Shown in pieces: positions 25,014 through 36,705 of a stretch of 38,452 nucleotides of DNA (the first letter of the stretch is position 1; every line of letters starts with the position of its first letter). Under the pieces are notes generated by a model, which was not told the origin of the DNA, did no database searches, and saw only the letters and a list, made by a program, of their open reading frames with translations. Location: positions 2,243,249 through 2,281,700 of the forward strand of contig NW_005202428.1 of assembly GCF_000372725.1 (NCBI RefSeq), in the 5' to 3' direction. The stretch comes from Emiliania huxleyi CCMP1516. Taxonomy: Eukaryota. Both the position numbers and the translations under genes were made by a program.

Positions 25014-27255
25014 ATGGGTGACGCTGACCTTTGGCTGGCTCCTCCGAACCTCTCAGCACCCAATGCGTATCGAGAATACCTCAGCTCAACGTGCGGGCTC
25101 AACGCAGCTGGCAACTGGCAACCCGAGGACACCATGAAGTGCTGGAGACACAACACATGCCCCCCGGAGGTGCTGTCTCGCATTCTGTCCACGCCTGCTG
25201 CGGCCTTTTCCTCGTGCTCCGCGCAGCTTCGTGCGCATGGGTGCCTCGCCGTGCCAGAGCAGGCGCGGTGTGGCGACGCACCTCTGCCACAACACTCGCA
25301 CACGCAGCGGCCGCCGCTCACATGCCACCCCAACAACGCAGTTGGTGAGCGCGGTTGACTCGAACGGCCTTGGTACGCAATACTCACACTTTCGTGCGAC
25401 GTATCGGCTCCTCTGCAGCTGGCTGGCGCCCCGTGACGGTGTCGTTGCACAGGTGGCGCACGGATCGAGCCAAAAGCCCATTTCCACGCACCCTCCGACC
25501 CCGTAGGCTGCTCTTGTGCACCGTGCTTCACCGAATGCCGCCGCTCCGAGCTTTGCCCAGCAAGCTTCGACTCGGCCGCTGTCCCGCCACTGCCCAAAGT
25601 ACCGGCTGGCTCATACGCCTATACATTCGTGCTGCGGCTGCCACCCGCACCATCGCCAGCAGGGGCCGTCCGACAATCCTCGCGAGAGCTGCTGCGCGCC
25701 GTCGTCTCGCTTGTCCAGACGGGTACGAAGCACAGCATCGTGCTGCTCTGCGACGGCCTCGCCGACGCGGAGCTGGCGCCCTTTCGGCAACTCGGCGTGC
25801 AGATTGCCCAACTGTCTCCGCTGCCCGAGGGCGTCAAGCGGGTGCAGAAGCGCGACTGCGCGTACGCCATCTCGGCTGTACCTCGGCCGACACCGGCTAC
25901 GTCTCGGCTAGGCTCACAAGCGGAATGAGACGTACGCGAAGCTTGACGTGTGGGCGCTGACACAGGCGAGGAGGATATAACCACGCATCTGACTCTTGTG
26001 GGGTCCACTCACCCACCGCGCAATTTTCCTGCGCAGTACGACAAGGTCATCTCGCTCGACATGGACGTGATAGTGAGGAGAAACATCGATCACCTATTCG
26101 GCATCAGCACGCCCGCGGCGGCGATGGACGCAAAGTGGGCCTTCCTCGCGCTGAAATTTGCTCCGAAGCGAAGAAGCAATGGTTATTCGTGGGTCTATGC
26201 CGAGCCAGGAGGCCTTGACTCGGCGTCACGCAAGGTGTCCCTGAGAGAGAGATGCACTCCTCTCCAGCGTTGCGTGGCGACGGAACTGAGGGTCTTCCCC
26301 CGCCGATTCCGTGCAGGACCGGGTGCGGTACAACGCCTCTGTCAAGGTGGATCCCTCCCGGTTGCTGCCTCCCGCGCCTGTCTCTCCGCTGCCCTCACCG
26401 CCGTTGCCGCCGCCCCTGCCCTCACCGCCACCACCCCTGCCGCGAGGGGGTCTTCCCCTTCAACTCTGGTATCATCGTCCTCTCGCCGGACCGAGAAGTC
26501 CACCAGGCAGCGGGGCCCACGACCGCCCGCGCCGCGCTAGCCCGCAGCTTGCTTTGGCCCAGTCGCGCACCCGCACAATCGGGCGAAACCCCACCTCACC
26601 TTTGGCAGGCCATGCGCCGCGAGGCTGCTGCGACGAAATCGTACGATGGGGGCGACCAGGTTCTACTCTCCTCTGTGCCCATCCTTTCGTAACGGCACGG
26701 TACGCGCCCTCCGCCTGCCTCTAGGGGTTCCTAGCGGCTTTCTTCGCCTCTCGAAACCAGCCGTGGTACGAGCTCCCGAGGCGCTATCATCAAGCCTGGT
26801 GCGCGACACGCGCACGATCTCACACTCGCTTGCGCGCTCACACTCGCTTGCGCGCGACCTTGTCATGCCCACACACTTGCGCGCGCGACCTTGTCAGTGT
26901 GATATCGCGCGATATCACACTCGCAACCAACCACTCTCGTCGGAAGGTGCGTGCAACCCGACGAGGCTCGCAACGCCTACATCTGGTCGCCGTCGTAGCA
27001 TGCGTTTCAAGAGTTCACAAAGAGAGCGACGCGGAGTGCACCATGTAGTGAATCCCCCTCCTCGAGGTCGCTCGCTCGGCGCCCAGTTCCGATAAGCGAG
27101 AGCAGTTGTGCTCGTGTCCGCTACACTACCCTGCCCTCTGGCTTAGGCACGTCTTTGGGCGCAGGCCGTACCTCAACATCGAGGGGCTGAACACTGCGGT
27201 GGACAGGGTGTTGCGTGGGGGAGAGGCCGGAATGGCTGTAGAGAGAACAAGGTGA
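25014..27255 (+). CDS. Glycosyltransferase family 8 (glycogenin/GUX/IPUT-like), multi-exon; start uncertain
   Basis: TYAKLDVWALTQ/YDKVISLDMDVIVRRNIDHLF (DxD); FNSGIIVLSP; SYDGGDQ/GFLAAFF; WYELPRRY; HVFGRRPY; stop TGA 27253-27255. Confidence 0.78.
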
Positions 27256-27513
27256 GACGGCCGACGCCGTTGCCCGGGAGGTGGTTGCACCGTTCCTCTT
27301 TGCGCATGCCGTCTTCTCTAGGTCTAGAGCGCACCGCCCTTACCTCGAGGTACGTTATTTTCGGTGGTAGTTAAATAGGATAAAGCGAGATGCCTGTGGG
27401 ATGACGATGAGTGGGACACACGCACTGGCACTCTCGCAGCAAGGTAGCACCATGTTCTCCAGCAACACACGCGACGCGATAAGCCGCACCGAAAAAAGAG
27501 TCAAGTACCGTGA

Positions 27514-27940
27514 TCAAGTTCTCACCGACTCGCGCTGATCTTGCGAAAAGACGCCGACGCGCTCGAGCACCGTGGCTCCCCGCTGCGGGCGGAAGAGAAG
27601 GGGCGACGAGCCCTCCTCCTCCTCGCGGTCCGAGCTGCGCGAGCAATCGCCGTCGGTGTAATAGACTGTGGACGCCACCGCCACCAGAGCGGCGCCGGCG
27701 CCGGCGCGGGGAGCAATCTGCACCCGCAGCGCAACCTGCTCTCATGCCGCAGGCTGTGAGGTGGCGCTGCGGGGGGACCGCTGCGAGCGGCACGGGCGGG
27801 TGGCGCCGACGACAGGAGGCAAGCGAGGGCGATCGAGACGCCGACAGCGAAGGACTTGAGGAGGTTGTCTGTGTAGCTGGCGGGCGCGGAGCGGAGGACT
27901 GTCGGCAGCGCGGCTCAGAGACGGGGGCGGGGCGCGAGGC

Positions 27941-27971
<31 letters not shown>

Positions 27972-28998
27972 GAGCACCGGAGGGCCATCGAGACGGCGAC
28001 GCCCCCCACCGCGCCGAGGCAGACGATCGCGGTCGCCCAGGCGCCGAAGCCGACGAAGAGGGCTCCGGAGGCGAGGGAGGCGGCGTCGGTGGCGAGGAGG
28101 GCGGCGGCGGCGAGGGGGAGGGAGAAGAGGGACATGAGAATATTGCGCGCCCAGAGCGAGGCGGCGACCGAAGAGTCCTTGAGCAACAGCTCCATCAGCG
28201 TGCCTGCAGGCGCGGCACCGACGATAGCCCCGTCACTGACCCGACCGTCATCGCCATGCCACAGAAGGGTGGCTGGAGGTGGGAAGAGGAGGCGCACGTC
28301 TAGCCACACGCCTGTGAGCCTCGGCAGAGAGTGCGCGGCCACCCGCCGCACGCCCAGCCCAGCCCGGCAGGGAGGTGGCGGGGAGGAGGAGTCTAGGAGG
28401 TGTCTAGCCCCGCGCCTGCGAGGCCCGACAGCGCGCAGAGGGAGAAGAGGGCGAGCAGGCCGCGGGCGCGATCCACTCCGCCGTCGGCCCCGTCCGCAGC
28501 GCCGCTCGCCGCGCGGCTCGGCCGCTGCCAGGAGGGCGCGCTCGACTCGACCAGCATCAGCCCGGCGCTGAGCAGAGAGATGGCCGCCCACCGGACCTTG
28601 CCCAGCCGCTTGCCGAGCAGCCGCACGGCAAAGAGGGCGGCAAAGACAACCTTGGTCTGCGTGCCGACCGCGACCGTGACCGGGTCCAGGTGCGTCACCG
28701 CGACGTACCACAGATTGTTGTGCAGGCAGTAGCAGGCGGCCGGCAGCGCAAAGGCGGCGACAAAGGGCGGCCGGGCGCAAACTGTGCGCAGCTCGGCCTG
28801 CAGCGCGGCGCTCCCCGAGGAGTAGACGCCGCACGCGACGACCGCCAGCGCTTTGAGCACCTCTGTCAGCAGGACCGCGACCGAGCCCAAGTAGCGAGGA
28901 CCGGGCAGCGCGCGGCTGTAGCAGGCGGCGACGATCAGAGTTGCGTTTTGCACGACGATGACGGCGAGGCAGCAGCGGCCGGCATGCCGCGAGTCCAT
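27514..28998 (-). CDS. Nucleotide-sugar transporter (SLC35A, UDP-galactose/CMP-sialic acid-like), multi-exon
   Basis: YLGSVAVLLTEVLK; PAACYCLHNNLWYVAVTHLDP; QTKVVFAALF; LSGLAG; MELLLK...SLWARNI; GGVAVSMALR; multiple hydrophobic helices. Confidence 0.88.
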
Positions 28999-29063
28999 CA
29001 GCGGAAGGCGCGAGTAGAGAGAAAGCCTAAGCATCTCTCTCTCGAGGTTCTCGAGGAGGACAC

Positions 29064-29153
29064 ACCTCTCCTTAAAATCCCTGTGTGGTGGCGGCGTGCC
29101 GTCCTCCCATCCCTCCCTTGGGTTGTCTGTTTTCTTTCTTTTCTTTCTTTTTT
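29064..29153. repeat. Dispersed repeat, short copy D (inverted relative to the other copies)
   Basis: Reverse complement of 10370-10447; lies ~65 bp upstream of the transporter ATG. Confidence 0.9.
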
Positions 29154-29886
29154 CTCGAGGTGGATATCCTTTGGCCGCGTTGGGTAGCGAGGATTACGCA
29201 TCTCTCAAAACCGGAAAGAGAGAACATACGGTCCCGTACGAAAGTGTGAACAGGTTGGAGCAGCAGCTCCTGAGCACGGCGCCGCAGGCGCCTGTTGATA
29301 AGTCCAGGTGATAGCCCTGGATGGGCAATGCATACGCCTAGTTGGGCCTCAGATCGCCCGACCGCGTCCCGGTGCTCTGTGGTCGGATTTGTGACGCCGC
29401 CGCACCGCGCCGCGGCCGGGGGCCCTCCGGAGGCCGAGGATGGCCGTGTCCCGTGACGGACCGGGACGAGCTCTTGGAGGTTCAGTGTCAGTGTAATATT
29501 GTAGAGACCAATCATGTCCACAATATCTCTCAGTCTAGCTAAGCCTGGGAAGGCGATTCCGGGGCCGTACAGCAGCTTGATGGTGCTTCGCCGGCGTGCG
29601 TCCCGGAGCGGTCCCGGACGGGCGGTCCGTGGGAGGAAAACGAGGATCAGCGCCGACGGCGCTCTGATTCGACTTTTAACTTCAAACAAAGACAGTGGCA
29701 CGCGCCGCAGCGCGGCGCGTGCGACTGTCAGGAGCGGATCCGTCAGTTAGTCGTGTTCACGCCGGCATCGTGATCCTCACAACCTGCCCAGACTTTAGGC
29801 CACAAGAGTTGGATCACCTCGTTGATCTCGCCACGCGTGTTCATCGCGCCACGTGTCGCGCTCCCGCCTCTGTGGCGCACACACAC

Positions 29887-31477
29887 ATGCAGCCCCACCC
29901 TCTGCCCGACGAGGCGGCCCTCTCGGCGCTCGCCCGACGCTGGGAGCCCGCGCTCTTCGCGGCCCGCACCGACGCGCCCTTCGACCCCGCCGGCCTCACG
30001 CCGTGCATCGGCACGCCCGCCGGCCGCCGCTGCGCGCCGGGGGCCTTTGTGCTCGGCGCGTGGCAGACTGGCACCAAGCACCTCGCGGCGCTGCTCAGGG
30101 CGTCGCACCCAGAAGCGCTCGTGCCGCTGGGCAACGGCGCGTGCTGGGGTCAGTGGAAGAACGACGAGGGCGGGCGGCGCTGGCTCGAGCGCGCCGTCCC
30201 CGCCTCGTTGGATCCGTCGGCTCAGCTCGCCGCGGCGCTCCACTGCCACGCGACGCTCCAGTTCTACCCGGACAGCGCGCACCGCTTCCACAAGTGGTGG
30301 GAGGAGTCGTACTGGCCGTGCAAGAAGCGCTGCACTGACGTGCCGGCGTGCGAGAAGACGTACTACGAGAAGGAGATGTGGACGTGCAAGGCGGCGGCGC
30401 TGCGCGCGCACGACGCCGCGGTGGACCTGCCCACCGTGCCGGCGGGCGGCGCCTTCAACTTCACCACGCCGTGGCTCCTCCGCTCCTTTTACGGCAGCCG
30501 GCCGCCGCGCCTGATCGCGCTGCTCCGCTCGCCGATTGACCGGCTCGTGCACGCCTTCTATGGCCACCCGCACTATGGCAAAAAGTACGGTGCCGCGTCC
30601 ACCCCGCAGCTTTGGTGCGCTCAGCATGGCGGCACCGTCCCTGACTCGCGCTCGCGGGGACTCCAGGCGTCGGCGCGCGGCGGTTTGGCGAGTATGTGAC
30701 CGAGCAGGTGGCCGGCTGGAGGGCGTGCGAGCGGCGCCACGGGCTGCGGCGCTGCGCGATCCACTTCGAGCAGCTCGGGCCCGAGCCCGCCGCCGTCTTT
30801 TTCCACGCAGGCCGCCGCCCCGCCCGCCCCCAACCCTCCGTGAGCCTGGAGCGCTGCTCGCCATCTGCAAAGCGTTGCTTGGACGGGGACACACGCCCCG
30901 GCCGGCGCCACCACGGCGTCGGTGACGCCCGCCCGCCGCCGCCGCTCCTCCCCTCCCACAGACCAGATCATCCGAGGCATGTACGCCCCTTTTGTCGAAG
31001 ACTGGCTGCGAGCCATGGCCGGTGCGCCGCCGCCTGCCCCGCTCCGCCCTCCCCGCTCGCCGCGATCCCGATGACAGCCGCCGCCAGCCGCGCCCGTCCG
31101 CAACCAGTCCGGGCGCGCGGGCAGGCGCGCTGCTCTGCCTTCGGACCGAAGACCTGCTGGAGCCGGCGACGCGCCGCGCCGCGCTGCGCCGCGCGTGGAG
31201 GCACCTCGGGCTGGGCGTGGCCTCGGTGGACGCCACCGGCCTCGCAACGGCGGAGGCGAAGCTGCCGGCGACCCGCGAAGAGCTCGGCCGGCGGCGCGAG
31301 CCGACGGAGGCGCGCGAGCCGCTCCTCGCCGCGACGCGCGCAGAGCTTTGCGCGCTCTACGCGCCGCTCAACCGGCAGCTGAGAGACTTGCTCGCCGCCG
31401 ACCGGACGAGCTGCGAGGGCGTGGGCTGCGACGGCTTTCTCTGGTCGCAGGATTGCACCGCCGCTGAGGGTGTGTAG
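29887..31477 (+). CDS. Carbohydrate sulfotransferase-like protein (CHST15/GalNAc4S-6ST and HS3ST fold), multi-exon; start uncertain
   Basis: 5'-PSB-like FVLGAWQTGTKHL; 3'-PB-like RLIALLRSPIDRLVHAF; RGMYAPFVEDWL; LCLRTEDL; TRAELCALYAPLNRQLRDLL...FLW. Confidence 0.75.
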
Positions 31478-33704
31478 GGGGGGGCGGGGGGGATAGGTCC
31501 GGCTGCCCTTCTCACGAATAGTGTTGGGTGCGCGTGCGCGTGACGTCTACCTTGATGTGTGTTTGTGATATTGTCATTGTGTTGCGTGCGGGGAGGCGGG
31601 ATGCATATTGTGAGCCGACGTGCGGAGGAGAGAGAGGGCGTCGCGGCGCCGGTCAGAAGCCTCAAAACGCGTGGCTTTTCTTTCCTTTAACGCGCGCCTT
31701 CGCCCTGCATTGTGTCTTACAGAGAGAAAAGGGTGAAGCGGGTAAGGTAGCCCCACGGCTTAACAAACACGAGGCTCCACCGATTTTTTACACATTACAT
31801 TCAGTGACACCTGACACTGCGTCAGGGGCGGGGAACCCGCAATTTGAGATGCTGAGGGCATTTTGAGTTGCAAAAAATCAATTTAGATTGCATTTTTCAA
31901 TTCAGAATGCCGAGTTGACTTTTCGCATTTCAAGATGCACACCGCATTCCAAAGATGGTCCACGCATTCCAGGATGCGTCGACCATCCTGGAATGCGAAC
32001 TGCATTCGTGAATGCGCTAGCATCTGGAGTTACCCCTTTGCATTCTAGGATGCTCCTTGCTATTTCAAGTTGCCTTCCTTAACCTGAGATGCCCAGCATT
32101 TTGGCCAATGCCGCATGTCGGCGGGGCATCGGGTAGGCTGCGGCTCGGCCTGCGCCTCGGCAGTCGTTGCCGCTGCGCAGCTGGATATGGTGGCGCACGT
32201 GGCGTGGCCTGTCGTTTGCATGTTTTGCGGTGGCAGCCCATAACCGCACGAATTGTGCATGGCCCTCAGCAATCCGTGTTCGATCGGCAACGCCCGTGCC
32301 GCTGCTCTGTGTCTCGTTAGAATAGGCAATGAAAAACGGCGCCCGCTCTCGTCGCATGTGCGCCGGTTGACATATCATGTATGTGGCTCTTTTATGGATA
32401 ACAAGGAGTCTCGTTTTCAACTTTTTCTTCTTGTATATGAGCCCGCAGCCCGCGGCTTCCTCGCGCGTTTCGCGCTCCTTAACGGTCTCTCTCTCGCCAG
32501 CCCTCAACTGTTCAGTAGAATTTGCTGCAACTGGGCAGATTCATGTGGTATCATGCTGTCCTCATCAGGTGTCTGTGCCGCAGCGTAGGCGAGACTCTAA
32601 TCTCTATGCCTCGGCACCCCATCGAGGCAGCTCGCGAGGTGAAGCTTGCCAGCAAGGGTATTGTTGCCTACACCAGCAGGCAAGGGAGCACTATGGTGTG
32701 AGCCTGCCAGCACTGGTGCGCAAGCCAGATCAGTACAGTCGTACCGGGCAGCAATGAAGCGCGTTAGGTGCCCGCGGCCGCGCCGGATGCAGTGCTAACG
32801 CGGCAAGCTTGGGCCGCATCAGCAGATGCGTGAGGCGGTGCGGAAACCGTTGTTTCAAGGCCACCTGGTAGGCTCACTCCTTCCCATCCCAGAGGTAGAG
32901 GGCAAGGAAGGTAGTCGATACCCTCGCCACAGATGGACATTTTCATTCAGTGTTATGTGCTACTTTCAGATACGTAGGAGGACTCTGCTGACGGGGTATT
33001 TTAAAGCCCAAGAAAGAAAGAAGCAGGATTGTAACGCCCTCCCCACGCACATTGTTTTCCGCACTTTCCGCATATTCCGCAACCGGAATAGTAAACGGCA
33101 ATTTGGGCAATTGTCGGACTCTCCCATTCTGTAGCGTCAAAGCGCAGCTGCCTCGTGGCTCGTGGCGCATGGTGCATCCTGCCCGCTCCCCCGCAGCTAC
33201 GCTGCTGGTGATTGATGTCGCACGCGCATGCCCACCCTCACGGCACCCACGCCATACCCGCGCGCTGACAACACATACCTGACATGCGCACTGCACCGAC
33301 ATCCAGCCAGGCTCCCGCGTCGACGTTGACGCTAACGAAGAGAGGCGCGTTGAGCCGGCGCAAGGAGCACGTCTCACTCACACCACCACTGACGGCCTCC
33401 CACTTCTCGGCCGCAGCTTTTCACAACGTGGTACCTTCGGCTCCTCGTCGCTAGCATCATCAGCGAGTACACCCTGCCTCTCGCCGTTTGCCCTGGCGAA
33501 CGTGGCCGTGCTGATTGTCTACCGCCGCGTGGCTGTGCGAGATCTAGACGTGCACACCCCGCACGCCACTCGGCTGTGCTTGCGCAGCAGACGGCGTGGG
33601 CGGCTGCGCAGGCCCCTGGCCGCGGAGGAGGAGGCTGGCCCGTCTGGCGGTGTGCTGGCGGTTGGAAGTAAGAGGGAGAGCACAAACGGGTGTTCGCGAT
33701 ACAG

Positions 33705-34150
33705 AGGGAGAGAGAGGGAGAGAGGGAGAGGGAGAGGGAGAGGGAGAGGGAGAGAGGGAGAGAGGGAGAGGGAGAGGGAGAGGGAGAGGGAGAGGTAGAG
33801 GGAGAGGGAGAGGGAGAGAGAGAGGGAGAGAGAGACCGAGAGGGAGAGCGAGAGCGAGAGGACGAGAATAAATGAGAATAGTGGAAGTGAATGGGAGAGT
33901 GAGAGGAAAAAGGGGGGCGTAGGGTTGAAATGAAGAGGGAGAGGGAGAGGGAGAGGGAGAGGAGAGAGAGATGCAGAGGGAGAGGGAGAGGAGAGGAAGA
34001 GGGAGAGGGAGAAGAGGGAGAGGGAGAGGGAGAGTAAGAGAGAGAGGGAGAGGGAGAGAAAGAGGGAGAGAAAGAGGGAGAGTGAGAATAGAGAGAGTGA
34101 GTGGGAGAGTAAGAGGGAGAGGGAGAGGGAGAGGGAGAGGGAGAGGGAGA
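33705..34150. repeat. (GAGAGG)n purine-rich satellite
   Basis: Directly visible. Confidence 0.97.
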
Positions 34151-34389
34151 GCTCGCCCTCCACGCGGCGCACCATTGGGGGCGCTGCGGACTATTAGGCC
34201 TCGTCGCACATCGCGCGCATTCTGGATTGTCTTATTTATCTGAGATTAAAATATCCATTTGAAAATGCTTGCCACATCTCGGGGATGGCGACGCCAATTC
34301 AGCCATCCTGAGATGCAGCGCCCTCCGGCCAGCATCTCAGGATGTAATGGCTCAATCAGGGATGTCGTGGACATCTTTGGTTGCCTCAG

Positions 34390-34478
34390 GCATCCCAAGA
34401 TGCATGAAGCAATTCAGGATGCGCGAAGCAATTCAGGATGCGCGCGCATCCTGAATTGCTTCATGCATCTTGGGATGC
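34390..34478. repeat. Perfect 35-bp inverted repeat with a 19-nt spacer
   Basis: gcatcccaagatgcatgaagcaattcaggatgcgc (34390-34424) and its reverse complement (34444-34478). Confidence 0.9.
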
Positions 34479-34620
34479 TCGAGGCAATCTCAATTAAAAT
34501 GGAGATCGTATCGGGCAATTTGAGATGCCGGAGCATTTCAAATTGCGGGTTCCCCGCCCCTGACGCTGGGTGGCGCCCGCCGCCCGGAGGCGGAGCCCGG
34601 TGAGACACTGACATCCCCCC

Positions 34621-35091
34621 AAACGGAAAGAAAACAGACAGCACAAGTGCCACAACGCCAAACTAGGGATGGATGGGAGAGAAGGACAGAGTCCCCACCT
34701 TGCAGAGCAACGATCTTTTGTCATCTAGGAAGGACGATCAGGGGCACAAAGGGAACAACATTGCTAAAAATCTCTCTCAAAGGGAACGGAAGTGGGGAAG
34801 CGCGCATCGGCCATCGCGAGACACGGAGAGCGGGCTGCGGGGCTTGGCAGGGTTCACACCCACACGACAGGTCCAAGGGAGTCCACACCACCTCTCTCGT
34901 ATAGGACAGATTGCACCCGGCGGCACGGGGGCAGAAGGCGCGCCCCCCCTCCTCCGATTGCGCTCTCCTAAGTAAGTTCTTATGCTCCTCTCTCTCCCCC
35001 TCTGCCTCTCTCTCCCTTAGGGACAGCGGCAGGCTCGCAGCTCAGTGCTCGACTGGCGATCGCTCTCTCTCCACTTAGAGCGACCTTCCTC
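34621..35091. repeat. Dispersed repeat, long diverged copy E (duplicated at 36838-37308)
   Basis: Collinear with 9615-9964 (gggagagaaggacag, aaggacgatcaggg, ggcagggttcac, ttgcacccggcggcacgggggcag, aggctcgcagc, agcgaccttcctc). Confidence 0.85.
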
Positions 35092-35395
35092 TAGGTCTAG
35101 CTTGGCAGCCAGCCGTCCGCAGCACACACACTGTGTGGAGGCACACGCAGGGGCGGCGACATAGAGTCTTTCTCGGACCCAACGGTAATGCTGTCACCTT
35201 CGTGAGTACTCCTACAGATGGCGGAGTAGATTGTTGCCGCAGGAAATTCTTTTTGTTCCGACGAAGGTTCGCCAAAGGCGACCCTGCATCAGAGGCGGCG
35301 CAGCCCTGTCCTCGCCGCGCCCGACCCTCGGGAGGCGAGCCCCCGCCGGTCCGACCCCCGCAGGCGACAATCCCCCAAACGACACCCGCGGCGAG

Positions 35396-36540
35396 ATGGT
35401 CCTCGCCGCCTACGGCAGCTCGCTCTCGCGCGCCAACACCGAGGAGAGCTCGCTCGACACCCTGGTGCGTCGGCAGCCCCTTTTCCCTTCCGCGTCTCCG
35501 CTTCCGCATCACAGCTCGCAGTCTGGCGCCGCGCCGCCACGCGCGCGCGCGCCATCCGCACGCGCCGCCACCCTGCTCTCCCGCTCTCTGCCCCTCCCAA
35601 GCCCGCGCACCTGCCGGCGCAGACAAAGACCACCATCCCGTACAAGGACCAGGAGCGCAAATGCTCCTCGTTCCCTCCGCCGCTGAAGGACATCCGCTTC
35701 ACGATGGCCACGTACATCACACTGACGCAGCTGCTTGGCTTTGCGGGCATCTTCTTCGTGCCCTACTGCAAGGCGCGCGCCGCCCGCTCGAGATGAGCGC
35801 GCGGCTGCTGCGCACAGACAAGCTGCGCACAGACAAGCTGCGCACAGAGATGCGTCGCCCTTGCGGCGAGAGCGGCGCGGGCGGAGCGCACCGCGTCCCA
35901 CGCCGCCGCCGCCGCCGCCGCGCCCGCGCAGGTCGCCACCATCTGGTGGGCCTTCATCCTCTGGCCAATCACCGGCTTTGGCATCACCGGCGGCGCGCAC
36001 CGGCTGTGGGCGCACCGCAGCTACAAGGCGTCCTTCGCCTACCGCTTCGTCGTGATGCTGGTCAACTCGTGCGCCAACCAGGGCACCATTTTCCACTGGG
36101 CGCGCGACCACCGCACGCACCACTTCCACTCGGAGACGGTGGCCGACCCGCACGACGCGATCCGCGGGTTTTGGTTTGCGCACATGGGGTGGCTGTACCT
36201 CAAAAAGGACCCGCGCGTGGCGGAGGCGGGGCGCAAGGTCAATGTGGACGACCTGAAGGCGGACTGGCCCGTCATGTTCCAGCACCGCAACGACCCGTGG
36301 TGGAACTTTGTGTGGTGCTTCTTCATCCCGGGGTTTGTGGCGCAGCTCGCGTGGGGCGAGACCTTCTGGAACGGCTTCTTCGTGCCGGGCTGCCTGCGGT
36401 ACGTGTGGGTGCTGCACTGCACGTGGATGGTCAACTCGGGCGCGCACCTGTGGGGCGGGCGGCCGTACGACCCGCAGAGCAACCCCGCGGAGAACAAGCT
36501 CGTCGCCATCCTCTCGATTGGCGAGGGCTGGCACAACTGG
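35396..36540 (+). CDS. Delta-9 acyl-CoA/acyl-lipid desaturase (SCD/OLE1-like), copy 1, 3' end lost in the assembly gap
   Basis: GITGGAHRLWAHRSYKA (His box 1); WARDHRTHHFHSETVADPH (box 2); GFWFAHMGWL; VNSGAH; GEGWHNW (start of box 3). Confidence 0.92.
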
Positions 36541-36605
36541 TGAGCGGCGGGCCCGCGCGCGCGAGCGAGCCCCGCGCCCGCGCTCCTCCTCGCCCCCGCG
36601 CGCTC

Positions 36606-36705
36606 NNNNNNNNNNNNNNNNNNNNNNNNNNNNNNNNNNNNNNNNNNNNNNNNNNNNNNNNNNNNNNNNNNNNNNNNNNNNNNNNNNNNNNNNNNNNNNN
36701 NNNNN
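36606..36705. other. Assembly gap (100 N)
   Basis: Run of N. Confidence 1.

Larger units (their letters stand above)
31823..34562. mobile_element. Non-autonomous hAT-like DNA transposon, ~2.7 kb
   Basis: 31-bp TIR CAGGGGCGGGGAACCCGCAATTTGA(G/A)ATGCT at 31823-31853 and 34532-34562 (1 mismatch; complementarity extends 4 bp further out). GCAT..ATGC subterminal repeats at both ends. No TSD or transposase found. Confidence 0.65.

Noticed and set aside
29072..29701. 209-aa minus-strand ORF between the transporter and the sulfotransferase
   Set aside because: Non-ATG start, runs into the dispersed repeat, no recognisable domain.
32150..33700. Transposase inside the hAT-like element
   Set aside because: Only short ORFs; no DDE, BED-finger or hAT dimerisation motif recognised.
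33502..34243. ORFs rich in LS/ER/PL/GR repeats
   Set aside because: Translations of the (GAGAGG)n satellite.
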